A stretch of DNA of 29,603 nt, taken from an uncultured Deinococcales bacterium (GTDB lineage: Bacteria; Deinococcota; Deinococci; Deinococcales; JAAFIG01). The notes below the pieces were generated by a model that had not been told where the DNA came from, made no database searches, and was given only the letters and a program-made list of their open reading frames with translations. Position 1 is the stretch's first letter, and every line of letters begins with the position of its first letter. The stretch spans positions 1 through 29,603 of the forward strand of contig CAXTKV010000031.1 in assembly GCA_964244895.1 (NCBI GenBank), in the 5' to 3' direction. The position numbers and the translations under genes were made by a program. Shown here in pieces: positions 16,750 to 24,778 of the stretch.

Positions 16750-17895
16750 TTATTCCGTCATGCTCGAGGCTTCAGGCTTCGACGCATCGCCCTCGATCAC
16801 GCCCTGCACCTGTGCGTCCGTCACGCCAGCACCGCCCAGACTGGGCAAATAAATTTCCTCGTAGAGCGCCTTGATGATGATCAAAAAAGGCACCGCCAGG
16901 AACGCGCCGACGAAGCCGAACAACGCGCTGAACACCAGCACGCCCGCCAGCAAAGATGCCTGGTGCAAGTTCACGCTGCGCGACAGGATCAATGGGCTCA
17001 GGAGTTGAAACACGATCTGCTGGACGATGAAAATGGCGATCCCGACCCAGAGCGCGTTGATCGGCGCGGGGCTGAGGCTCGAGAGTACGGGCGGAATCAA
17101 GCCGATCAGTCCGCCGACCACCGGAATGATCTGCGTCACACCGACGATCACGGAAAACAAGAAGATGTTGGTCACGCCGATCCCGACGATGTTCAAGAAC
17201 GTCAGCACGATCGTCACCAGCACGCTCATGACCACGCTGGTGATGATCGTGGCGACCAGCCACGCGCCCAGCTGCTTGCCGATGCGGGTCACGGCCCGGC
17301 TGACGGGCTCGCGGTACGCGGGTGGCACGCCAGAAATCGCGCCCTTGATCAACGGTTCGGGCTGCACCAGCATGGCGAAACCCATGATCAAGAGCAGCAA
17401 CCCGAGCAGCAGACCGTTCAGCAAGCCCGTGGTCGCGCCTAACGCGCTCAAAAGCGTGCGTGGCACGGCGGACAGCGCTGACTGCACCTGACCCGCCAGG
17501 TTGGCGCTCGAGAGGCTTTCGGACGCGGATTTCAGAAACGGGTAACGCCCGGACAGGTCTTCCAGCAGCTTCTGCGCCTGCGTGACGCTGCCCGGAATGC
17601 TCGAGATCAGGCTGGAGAGCTGCGCCACGATGGCTGGAACGAGCGACCAGGCCAGCAAACCGAAACCGCCGAACACGATGAAGACGATGATGGCCGCCGC
17701 CAGACCGCGCGGCATTCTGAGTTTGGCGTTGGCCCACACGACCATCGGGTTGAGCCCCGCCGCGATGATGATCGCCAGCGCGATCAGCAACAGGGTCTGC
17801 GCCAGATTCGAGATCGCGCCCCACAGGATGAACAGCGAGAACCCGACCAGCACGGCGGGTATCAGGTTGACGATCCGAACCGGACGGAGTTCCAC
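16750..17895 (-). CDS. AI-2E family transporter (PerM/YhhT-like)
   Basis: Multi-TM protein with IIAAGLNPMV, IPVVGGLIG, QQIVFQLLSPLILSRSVNLH and GFVGAFLAVP. Confidence 0.9.
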   Translation of the reverse strand: MELRPVRIVNLIPAVLVGFSLFILWGAISNLAQTLLLIALAIIIAAGLNPMVVWANAKLRMPRGLAAAIIVFIVFGGFGLLAWSLVPAIVAQLSSLISSIPGSVTQAQKLLEDLSGRYPFLKSASESLSSANLAGQVQSALSAVPRTLLSALGATTGLLNGLLLGLLLLIMGFAMLVQPEPLIKGAISGVPPAYREPVSRAVTRIGKQLGAWLVATIITSVVMSVLVTIVLTFLNIVGIGVTNIFLFSVIVGVTQIIPVVGGLIGLIPPVLSSLSPAPINALWVGIAIFIVQQIVFQLLSPLILSRSVNLHQASLLAGVLVFSALFGFVGAFLAVPFLIIIKALYEEIYLPSLGGAGVTDAQVQGVIEGDASKPEASSMTE

Positions 17896-17901
17896 AGGGT
17901 C

Positions 17902-17907
17902 ATCTTA
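17902..17907 (-). promoter_or_regulatory. -10 element of a leaderless transcript
   Basis: TAAGAT lies 6 nt upstream of the GTG start at 17895. No RBS. Confidence 0.6.
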
Positions 17908-17947
17908 CGTGTTGCACCGTGGTGCTGTCGCTTCGGGCGATCCGCGA

Positions 17948-18403
17948 TCATTCGTTGAGAATCGAGCGAAGATACTCGAGTAATCGCAGGTTGATCGTGT
18001 TGATTGATGTTGGCAGGTTCGAGAGATCGCAGAACGTGAGTGCGATGCCCTCGAGCCCATCTGGTACAGCATTCCCGCGCACGTGGAGCGCCCGAAAGAA
18101 GACCGTAACGTTGTGAATCTCGTCGCCGTTCGGGTAGCGGTGATACAACTCCGGGCCGCTTTGCACGCCGATCATCTCAAACAATTCCACCTCGAGTCCC
18201 GTTTCCTCGCGCAGTTCGCGTCTCGCACAGTCCTCGAGCGATTCTCCGATCTCGAGTGCGCCCCCTATCGGCCCCCATGTACCGTCGTCCGTTCGGTGTT
18301 GCAATAAAACACGCCCCGCTTCGTCCTGCACGACTACGCTCGCACCGACGACGATCAAGGGTCGCGTGCCGATCAATGTACGAATTTCAGAGATGTAACT
18401 CAT
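17948..18403 (-). CDS. NUDIX hydrolase
   Basis: MSYISEIRTLIGTRPLI start and Nudix box GGALEIGESLEDCARRELREETG, plus YPNGDE. Confidence 0.92.
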   Translation of the reverse strand: MSYISEIRTLIGTRPLIVVGASVVVQDEAGRVLLQHRTDDGTWGPIGGALEIGESLEDCARRELREETGLEVELFEMIGVQSGPELYHRYPNGDEIHNVTVFFRALHVRGNAVPDGLEGIALTFCDLSNLPTSINTINLRLLEYLRSILNE

Positions 18404-18406
18404 GGG

Positions 18407-18453
18407 CACACCGTCCAGGACGTGTTCTCGAGAACGTGTGCTGGACGATGTTC
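18407..18453. repeat. Palindromic intergenic repeat family A, doublet filling the wecB-NUDIX gap
   Basis: cacaccgtccaggacgtgttctcgagaacgtgtgctggacgatgttc. Confidence 0.8.
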
Positions 18454-18458
18454 CTGAA

Positions 18459-19577
18459 TCACTGCCAGTCGGTCGGGCGCTCGCCCAATCCCAGACGCCA
18501 CGCGACCGCCGCCGCCACGCGCTTGGCGGCCTGACCGTCACCGTACGGGTTCGGTTTGCCGCGCATGGCAGCTCTGGACGAATCGTTCGACAGAAGCTCG
18601 TCGATTACCGCGAACGCCGCTTCCGGTTCCGTCCCGGCGAGTTTCAGCACGCCCGCCTCGAGCCCCTCGGGTCGTTCGGTGACGTTTCTGAGCACGATCA
18701 CGGGCACGCCCAGGCTCGCGCCTTCCTCTTGCAGACCGCCGGAATCGGTGATCAGGAGTTCACTGCGGCCCATCAGCGGGGCCATCTGGCCGTATTCCAA
18801 TGGGTGAAGCAGCGTGAAGTTTGGGATGCCCCGAAGTTGCGGGTAGACGGCTTCCTGCACGGCGGGGTTCAGGTGAACCGGGTAGACGAAATGGTAGTCC
18901 GGGTGCGCCCTGGCCACGCGCGCCAGCATCGCGGCCAGGTCAGCCATGACGGGTAAATTCTCGCGGCGGTGCATGGTCACGGTCACCAGTTTTTTGTCGG
19001 TCGGCAAGCCCGTCGGCAGCCTGCCGCGCCGGGACGCGAAGCGCACCGCGTCCACCTGCGTCTGGCCGGTCACGACCATGTTCGATTCCGCCTTGCCCTC
19101 GCGCAACAGGTTGTCTTTCGCGCCGCGCGTGGGTGGCAAATCCAGGTCGGTCAGCACGGCGGTCAGGCGTCGGTTGGCTTCCTCCGGGAAGGGTTCGCGC
19201 ATGTTGTGGCTCCGCAATCCAGCCTCGACGTGCGCCACCGGAATGCCCTCGTAGAAGGCGGCCAGCGCGACCGCGAAGCTGGTCAGCGTGTCGCCGTGAA
19301 CCAGCACGTAATCGGCGCTCAGTTCCCGCAGTTTCTCGGCGGCGGCGGGTACGATCCGTGCCAGCAAGCCGGGCAGGGTTTGCCTGTCCGTCATCACGGC
19401 CAGGTCCGCGTCCGGCGTGATATCGAAAATCCTGAGCGCATCCTCGAGCTGCTGGCGTTGCTGACCCGTTGAGAGCACGATCGGTTGAAACTCGGGTTGC
19501 TCGCGCAGGGCGTAGACGACGGGTGCCATCTTTGTCCCTTCCGGGCGCGTTCCGATGGCGACGACGATTCGTTTCAT
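18459..19577 (-). CDS. wecB: UDP-N-acetylglucosamine 2-epimerase (non-hydrolysing)
   Basis: [44 protein letters not shown] and NPYGDG motifs. ATG 19577 after GGAGG. Confidence 0.95.
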   Translation of the reverse strand: MKRIVVAIGTRPEGTKMAPVVYALREQPEFQPIVLSTGQQRQQLEDALRIFDITPDADLAVMTDRQTLPGLLARIVPAAAEKLRELSADYVLVHGDTLTSFAVALAAFYEGIPVAHVEAGLRSHNMREPFPEEANRRLTAVLTDLDLPPTRGAKDNLLREGKAESNMVVTGQTQVDAVRFASRRGRLPTGLPTDKKLVTVTMHRRENLPVMADLAAMLARVARAHPDYHFVYPVHLNPAVQEAVYPQLRGIPNFTLLHPLEYGQMAPLMGRSELLITDSGGLQEEGASLGVPVIVLRNVTERPEGLEAGVLKLAGTEPEAAFAVIDELLSNDSSRAAMRGKPNPYGDGQAAKRVAAAVAWRLGLGERPTDWQ

Positions 19578-19601
19578 GTTCCTCCGGGGAAAGGCGATCA
19601 C

Positions 19602-19624
19602 GGTCAGAAGTCAGGGGTCAGAAG
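19602..19624. repeat. Heptamer tandem repeat (RGTCAGR)
   Basis: ggtcaga agtcagg ggtcaga ag. Confidence 0.6.
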
Positions 19625-19641
19625 CGAGCCTGTGATGTCGA

Positions 19642-19688
19642 GAGAACCGTTCTGGACATACCCTGTGAATCGCGTCCTGGACGGTGTC
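19642..19688. repeat. Palindromic intergenic repeat family A, doublet
   Basis: gagaaccgttctggac ... gtcctggacggtgtc. Confidence 0.75.
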
Positions 19689-19697
19689 CCGGTTTTT

Positions 19698-19732
19698 GCT
19701 CGCGGCTCATGGCTTGCGGCTCATGGCTCGCG
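19698..19732. repeat. Heptamer tandem repeat x5
   Basis: gctcgcg gctcatg gcttgcg gctcatg gctcgcg. Confidence 0.75.
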
Positions 19733-19736
19733 GCCT

Positions 19737-20858
19737 CTACCCTTCCACCCGAGGCTCGAGCTGTACCTGACGGGCTTTCTCGAGTTGCTCGCGGATGGCT
19801 TCGCGCACGCGAAGGCGCGCGACCACCAGCAGCATCAGCATCACGCCGACCACCGTGACGACGATCACCAACGGCTTCACGCCCTGCACGACCATGCCGA
19901 GCGCGTTCATGGCCAGGATCGCCGTCCACAGCACGACCACCGTGCGGCGCTGGCTCAGGCCCGTCCTGAGCAACTGGTGGTGCAGGTGGCGTTTGTCCGG
20001 CGTGGACATCGGGTTCAGCCCGTGGCGCAATCGGCGAATCACGACCTGGGTGGTGTCGATGATCGGCACGGACAAGAACAGCAACGGCGCGATCAGGCTC
20101 GCGCCAGCCGCGACCTTGGCCGTGCCCAGGATGCTGACCGCCGCCAGCGTGTAGCCGATGAAGTACGCGCCCGCATCGCCCAGGATGATCCGGCTGGGGT
20201 TGAAATTGTGGCGCAAGAAGCCCAGGCAACCGCCCGCGACCGCCGCCAGGATCAGCACGGCGGCGGCGCGTTCCGGAAATTGCGCGCTGATCGCCAGCAG
20301 GCAACTCGAGGCGATGAAGCCCAGTCCGCCGACCAGCCCGTCGATGCCGTCCATCAGATTGACCGCATTCGTGATGCCGACCACCCAGAAGATCGTCAGA
20401 AGCGTGTCCAGCGCGGGTGGTAACCACAAAATGTCGATGTGAATGCCGGTCACGACCAGCAATCCCGCCGCGATCAGTTGCACTGCGATGCGGAACACCG
20501 GCGGCAACTCGAACTGGTCGTCGATGAAGCCGACCATCAAAAGCATCGTTCCGCCCAGCACGATGGCCAGCGTCTGCACCAGCACGCGTTCCAGCAGCAC
20601 GCCCTTGAGTGCGAACGCGATCACCAGCGCCGCGACCAGCCCGAAGTAAATGGTCACGCCGCCCAGGTTGGGCAGCAGTTCGGTGTTCAAGCGCCGCGCG
20701 TTGGGTTTATCGCCCAGCCCTTTTTCGATCGCGTAGCCGCGCACGCGCGGGATGAACAACCACGTCACCGTGGCCGCCACCAGAAAAATCAGTCCGACCG
20801 GCACGAGCCCTTCAAAAAGTGGCCCCGAGATGCCGAGTTGCTTGAGGAAATCCGTCAC
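19737..20858 (-). CDS. Undecaprenyl-phosphate GlcNAc-1-phosphate transferase (WecA/TagO, glycosyltransferase family 4)
   Basis: PNLGG, GFIDD, TNAVNLMDGIDGL, NFNPSRIILGDAG and DKRHLHH motifs. Upstream of wecB. Confidence 0.92.
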   Translation of the reverse strand: MTDFLKQLGISGPLFEGLVPVGLIFLVAATVTWLFIPRVRGYAIEKGLGDKPNARRLNTELLPNLGGVTIYFGLVAALVIAFALKGVLLERVLVQTLAIVLGGTMLLMVGFIDDQFELPPVFRIAVQLIAAGLLVVTGIHIDILWLPPALDTLLTIFWVVGITNAVNLMDGIDGLVGGLGFIASSCLLAISAQFPERAAAVLILAAVAGGCLGFLRHNFNPSRIILGDAGAYFIGYTLAAVSILGTAKVAAGASLIAPLLFLSVPIIDTTQVVIRRLRHGLNPMSTPDKRHLHHQLLRTGLSQRRTVVVLWTAILAMNALGMVVQGVKPLVIVVTVVGVMLMLLVVARLRVREAIREQLEKARQVQLEPRVEG

Positions 20859-20864
20859 GCCAAA

Positions 20865-20870
20865 ATCCTA
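20865..20870 (-). promoter_or_regulatory. -10 element of a leaderless transcript
   Basis: TAGGAT lies 6 nt upstream of GTG 20858. Confidence 0.6.
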
Positions 20871-20933
20871 CTCGGAAACGTGAGTCGGGTTCTCAGGATC
20901 GAGCGCATGCCCGAGCCGACGCGCTAAGGGCTT

Positions 20934-20986
20934 CTCGAGAAGACCGTTCTGGACGAGAAACTGGGGCGTCGTGCAGGACGGTCTTC
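20934..20986. repeat. Palindromic intergenic repeat family A, inverted doublet
   Basis: ctcgagaagaccgttctggacg ... cgtgcaggacggtcttc. Confidence 0.8.
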
Positions 20987-20994
20987 CGCATCGC

Positions 20995-21882
20995 TCAGGG
21001 CTCGGGACGCGCCGGGTGAACCTCGAGCGCGCTGGAACCCGTCGGACGCTGCGAGAGCACCATCGCGCCCAGGATCAATGCTCCGCCCACCAAGCCGCGC
21101 CAGCCGAGCGTTTCACCCAGAATCGCAAAAGAGAACACCGCCGCGAAGACCGGTTCCAGCGAGTAGATCACCGCCGCCTCGAAGGCCGCCACCCAGCGTT
21201 GCGCCAGCGTCTGCACGAAGGTCGTGGCGGCGGTGGCGATCAGCCCCAGGTACGTGATGGACGCCCAACCCGAGGGCTCGAGCCTGGGCACGCCGTCCCG
21301 CACGAGTTCCGGCGCGCTCCAGGCCAGACCCAACAGCGCCACCACGGTCAGTTGCACCGCCGTCAGGTGCATCGGCTCGTGCTGCGTCGCCACGCGCTCC
21401 AGAATCAGCACGTAAACCGCGTAACAGACCGTGCAGGCCAGCACCCACGCATCACCCGCGCTGAACGCCCCACCCTCGAAGGACATCGCGCCGATCCCGA
21501 GAACGGCCAGCGCCGCCGCCAGGTACGCGCTGCGCGGCACCAACCTGCCGATCCAGCCCGCGAAAATCGGGATCAGAATCACGTTCAAGCCCGTGATGAA
21601 CGCCCCTCGCGTCGAGGAAATAGAACCCAGCCCGATCACCTGCGCGATGAACGTGCCGAACAACAACGCGCCCAGCACCAGCCCATCGCGCCACAGCCGC
21701 TTGTTGAACCTGACCCACGGTGCGAACGCCAGCGCCGCGATGCCGAACCTGAGCGCCACCATCGCGGCGGGCGACAGGCTCTGCGTGGCGATCTTGACCA
21801 GCGGGAAGGTCGTGCCCCACACGATCGTCATGGCGACCATCAGCGCGACGCCTCTGGTGTGCAGGTGCCTGGGAACGTTCAC
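20995..21882 (-). CDS. DMT/EamA family transporter
   Basis: WGTTFPLVK, ALRFGIAA, GDAWVL and YSLEPVFAA, in two EamA repeats. GTG 21882 lies 6 nt after TACACT. Confidence 0.92.
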   Translation of the reverse strand: MNVPRHLHTRGVALMVAMTIVWGTTFPLVKIATQSLSPAAMVALRFGIAALAFAPWVRFNKRLWRDGLVLGALLFGTFIAQVIGLGSISSTRGAFITGLNVILIPIFAGWIGRLVPRSAYLAAALAVLGIGAMSFEGGAFSAGDAWVLACTVCYAVYVLILERVATQHEPMHLTAVQLTVVALLGLAWSAPELVRDGVPRLEPSGWASITYLGLIATAATTFVQTLAQRWVAAFEAAVIYSLEPVFAAVFSFAILGETLGWRGLVGGALILGAMVLSQRPTGSSALEVHPARPEP

Positions 21883-21888
21883 CGACGG

Positions 21889-21897
21889 AGTGTAACA
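21889..21897 (-). promoter_or_regulatory. Extended -10 element of a leaderless transcript
   Basis: TGtTACACT lies 6 nt upstream of GTG 21882. Confidence 0.65.
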
Positions 21898-21930
21898 CTG
21901 CCTTTCTGCACGCTGAATCAAACCCGGATG

Positions 21931-21996
21931 CTCGAGGAATACCGTCCTGGACAGTGTTTTTGCGTATTGGGAATTCGCGTCCAGGACGGTGCTCTC
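21931..21996. repeat. Palindromic intergenic repeat family A, inverted doublet
   Basis: ctcgaggaataccgtcctggacagtgttt ... gtccaggacggtgctctc. Confidence 0.82.
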
Positions 21997-22040
21997 GGGG
22001 TGCGTCACTTTGCGAGAACCTCGATGCGCCACCATGCTCC

Positions 22041-22094
22041 GTAGGGGCGAACGTCGTGCGTCAGCACGCATGGACGCGACGTGTTCGCCCTCGC
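22041..22094. repeat. GTAG-type REP-like hairpin
   Basis: GTAGGGGCGAAC ... GTTCGCCCTcgc, with the same ccGTAGGG/CCCTCGC ends as the copy at 16681-16710. Confidence 0.55.
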
Positions 22095-22166
22095 CCGAAG
22101 ATGCCCGCTCGCTTCATCGAAACGCACGATTTTTCACCCCTAGCCCGGATGCCCGCCTCGGCGCGG

Positions 22167-22172
22167 TAGACT
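22167..22172 (+). promoter_or_regulatory. -10 element of a leaderless transcript
   Basis: TAGACT lies 6 nt upstream of GTG 22179. Confidence 0.6.
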
Positions 22173-22178
22173 CCGCGC

Positions 22179-23048
22179 GTGAAGATCGGCCTGCCAGACA
22201 CGCTGCGCTACCAACGTTACGGCCCGTGGTGGGAAAGCTTCCTGAGCGCCATCGGGATGGAAGTCCTCAAACCGGAATTGACGCTCCAGGAAGCGCTCAC
22301 TGAGGGCGCGAAGCTCATGTCGCAGGAAGCGCCGAGCGTGCAATTGTTCGTCGGGCGCGTGCTGGAACTCGCGCCGCTGGTGGACGCTTTTTTGATGCCC
22401 GACCTGAACCCCGGCGCGGAACCCGACGCCCACGGAGCCAACAGCGATCCGTGGGCGGTTGATCTGGCCACGGTGCTTTCCCGGCGTCTGTCCTTGCCGC
22501 CCGTCCACGCCGTGCCCGCGCGCCTGGACGCGACGGAAACCGCCAACGCCGCCATCCGGTTGGGTCAGATGCTCTCGCAGAACACGCAGATCGTGCGGCG
22601 CGCGCTGGATCGCACGCAATCGGGCTTGCGCGCGCCGCGAGCGGCGGAACCGACCTGGGCGCGCACCGGCAAGAAAACCGTCGGCGTGATCGGCGAACCG
22701 ATGCTTTTAGAGCAACCGTTTTTGTGGGCAGGTTTGCGCGCCAAACTCGATCAGCACGGATTGCACGCGGTTTTTGCGACCGACCTGCCTCGCGAGCGCA
22801 CCCTGGAACTGGGTCACGCCAGACGCCCCGACTTGAAGCTCGAGACGGATCAAGAAGTCGTCGGTGGGGCGGCCTTCCTGGAAGGCAAAGGTCAGGTGCG
22901 CGGATTGATCGCGCTGGTGCAACCCAGATCATCGGTGCAGTCCGCTCTGGCCGCAGAGATTGTCAAGAAAGCCCACAAGCCCGCCGCGCTGCTGGACCTC
23001 GACGGGGATGTGGACGCGGTTCTGGCTGCACTCGGCGCGCAACTCTGA
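22179..23048 (+). CDS. DUF2229 / acyl-CoA dehydratase activase-related protein, cysteine-free variant
   Basis: The N-terminus MKIGLPxxLxYxxYGPWWxxFLxxxGxEV and later TVGVIGEP recall DUF2229 proteins. The protein has no Cys. Confidence 0.65.
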   Translation: MKIGLPDTLRYQRYGPWWESFLSAIGMEVLKPELTLQEALTEGAKLMSQEAPSVQLFVGRVLELAPLVDAFLMPDLNPGAEPDAHGANSDPWAVDLATVLSRRLSLPPVHAVPARLDATETANAAIRLGQMLSQNTQIVRRALDRTQSGLRAPRAAEPTWARTGKKTVGVIGEPMLLEQPFLWAGLRAKLDQHGLHAVFATDLPRERTLELGHARRPDLKLETDQEVVGGAAFLEGKGQVRGLIALVQPRSSVQSALAAEIVKKAHKPAALLDLDGDVDAVLAALGAQL

Positions 23049-23053
23049 GAAAT

Positions 23054-23120
23054 TCAAGAACACCGTCCTGAACAGTGTTCTTTTGTCACGGAATCACGTG
23101 TGCGAGACGGTCTTTTCGAG
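23054..23120. repeat. Palindromic repeat family A doublet; second unit lies inside the 3' end of the ATP-grasp gene
   Basis: tcaagaacaccgtcctgaacagtgttctttt ... gtgcgagacggtcttttcgag. Confidence 0.8.
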
Positions 23121-23912
23121 CCACGCCTGGGCGAAACGAGTGGGCGTCCACCCTACAAGATCGGACACCTGACCATCCCCAACCTCAATCACGCGCGATT
23201 CACCATCTTCTCGGATGGCAACGTCAATGCTGAAAAAAGGGCTCTCGATGCGTTCGGCACATGTGTAAACGATGTCGGGTGGCGCTCCATCGGGTGCAAA
23301 TACTTGATTGTGAATCACGAAGTACCGACGCTCTGAGGAAGCGTCGAGTGGCTCGAAACGACGCACAACGATGCCGCCCTCGATCACGCCGCGAAACTTC
23401 CGCATTTCCTCGAGCAGAACGCTCGCGTCCTCGGGTTTGTAGATGACTGAACCGACAGATGTTTTCAAGGATTTCACGAAATCCTTGATGAAATAAACAT
23501 CCCAATCGAGCGAGCGCAATTCCTGCTCGAGATCAGCATTCACGTCAAAAACGCGGGTTTCGGGCGTCAGATCAGCGATTTTGGCGTACCAGTTTGGCAG
23601 GTGATGGCACGACAAATACGTTCTCAGGTCGGTTTGCATGTGCGCGCCAGCGAATTCGACACCTGATTCGAGCCGCTCGTACTGTTTTGTATCGAGCATC
23701 CAGCCTCGGTAAACGATGACTGTACCTTCAGGGATTCTCGGATGCAATTTGAAATTTCCGAACTCGAGATCCTCAATCGAAACCGTTGTCATCGAGAATC
23801 CTGCCTCGCGCATGGCTTCGGCTTCGGGCGCGAAGGTTTCATCAACGGTGCCAGATTGAAATGGCATGACCGGATACAAGAAATGTACCGATTGATCGCT
23901 GAGAAGGGGCAT
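23094..23912 (-). CDS. ATP-grasp domain protein, R2K clade (DUF4343-like)
   Basis: VYRGWML, HHLPNWY, YFIKDFVKSLK, ERRYFV, FFSIDVA and IEVGDGQVS motifs. ATG 23912 lies 7 nt after TAAGAT (23920-23925); ATG 23921 is an alternative. AT-richer than neighbours. Confidence 0.82.
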   Translation of the reverse strand: MPLLSDQSVHFLYPVMPFQSGTVDETFAPEAEAMREAGFSMTTVSIEDLEFGNFKLHPRIPEGTVIVYRGWMLDTKQYERLESGVEFAGAHMQTDLRTYLSCHHLPNWYAKIADLTPETRVFDVNADLEQELRSLDWDVYFIKDFVKSLKTSVGSVIYKPEDASVLLEEMRKFRGVIEGGIVVRRFEPLDASSERRYFVIHNQVFAPDGAPPDIVYTCAERIESPFFSIDVAIREDGESRVIEVGDGQVSDLVGWTPTRFAQAWLEKTVSHT

Positions 23913-23951
23913 GACAACCATCTTAGCCTTCGACAGATGCGCGAGCTAAAA

Positions 23952-24012
23952 TCAAGAACACCGTCCTGGACGGTGTTCTTTTATCTCGAGCATTCGCGTG
24001 CAGGACGGTGTT
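23952..24012. repeat. Palindromic intergenic repeat family A, best-conserved copy plus second unit
   Basis: aagaacaccgtcc-t-ggacggtgttctt (23954-23980) is a perfect 27-bp interrupted palindrome, followed by ctcgag and gtgcaggacggtgtt. Confidence 0.9.
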
Positions 24013-24035
24013 TAACCCGGCACGCGGGGCGGTCT

Positions 24036-24452
24036 TTAACCCGGCGCGTTGCCTGCGAATTCGATGTTGAAGAACTCGACCACGCCCGTTTCGGCGTTGA
24101 AACCCCATTCGACGTACCAGACCAGCTCCGGGCGCTTCTGGAAACTGGCGGCGCGCACGTAATATTTCAGGCCTTCCTGTTCGACCACGCCCTCGTCGTA
24201 GATTTTCAGTTCCTGCCCGAAACTTTCGATGCCCTGAAGGCGGTACTTTCGGAACGCCTCGAGCCCACCCAGGCGGGTCTGCAGATCGGAACTGCAGGCC
24301 GCCCAGACGGGATCCAGATCAACTTTGTAGAACTGCTCGGTCAGCGCGCGTCCGCGTTCGGTGACTTGCGCGTCCGTCAGGGGTTCGGCTTTGGCAATGG
24401 ATCCGGCGAAGCTCCAAAAGGCGATCAGGGCGATCACGGTGATCAGGCGCAT
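24036..24452 (-). CDS. Small secreted hypothetical protein (possibly DUF3887-like)
   Basis: Signal peptide MRLITVIALIAFWSFAGSIAKA, AAAGGA RBS and TAGAAT at 24482-24487. 138 aa. Confidence 0.75.
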   Translation of the reverse strand: MRLITVIALIAFWSFAGSIAKAEPLTDAQVTERGRALTEQFYKVDLDPVWAACSSDLQTRLGGLEAFRKYRLQGIESFGQELKIYDEGVVEQEGLKYYVRAASFQKRPELVWYVEWGFNAETGVVEFFNIEFAGNAPG

Positions 24453-24532
24453 ATCGTGTCCTTTCCGGGCGTGAATGCCAGATTCTAGCGACCTCGGCGT
24501 TCGGTTTGTGTGGCGCGGGCGCAAAATTCGCA

Positions 24533-24578
24533 AGCACCGTGCTGGACGCGTTGCGGTCTGGAAGCACCGTCTGGAACG
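24533..24578. repeat. Palindromic intergenic repeat family A, two direct copies
   Basis: agcaccgtgctggacg ... agcaccgtctggaacg. Confidence 0.65.
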
Positions 24579-24617
24579 ATCACCGTGGCGTATCACCGCT
24601 TCGCGGTCGGGATCGTC

Positions 24618-24626
24618 TGGTACACT
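24618..24626 (+). promoter_or_regulatory. Extended -10 promoter upstream of the rnj leader
   Basis: TGgTACACT. Confidence 0.55.
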
Positions 24627-24664
24627 CTGCGCAATACGGCCATCTGGTCGGCTTATTCTGTCTG

Positions 24665-24757
24665 GCACGCGCCCCCGCCGTTCGTGGGACACTGAACGCC
24701 CCGCTCGAGGTTCTTCGAGCCCCCGCCTCCTGGGTGAACGAGGCGCGTGCGGTTTTT
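24665..24757 (+). promoter_or_regulatory. Structured 5' leader upstream of RNase J
   Basis: gcacgcgcc (24665-24673) pairs with ggcgcgtgc (24742-24750), enclosing the hairpins cgttc..gaacg and gctcgag-gttc-ttcgagc. A T-run follows. Confidence 0.45.
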
Positions 24758-24778
24758 GCTGCACCAAAGGAGTTTCCG

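Noticed and set aside
4879..24012. Repeat doublets as integron attC sites (AAC...GTT ends)
   Set aside because: The ends do not fit RYYYAAC/GTTRRRY, the flanked genes include housekeeping genes in both orientations, and no integrase is present.
24011..24046. Duplicated tttaacccggc 11-mer as a target-site duplication
   Set aside because: Only 13 nt separate the copies and one overlaps a stop codon. There is no element between them to support an insertion.
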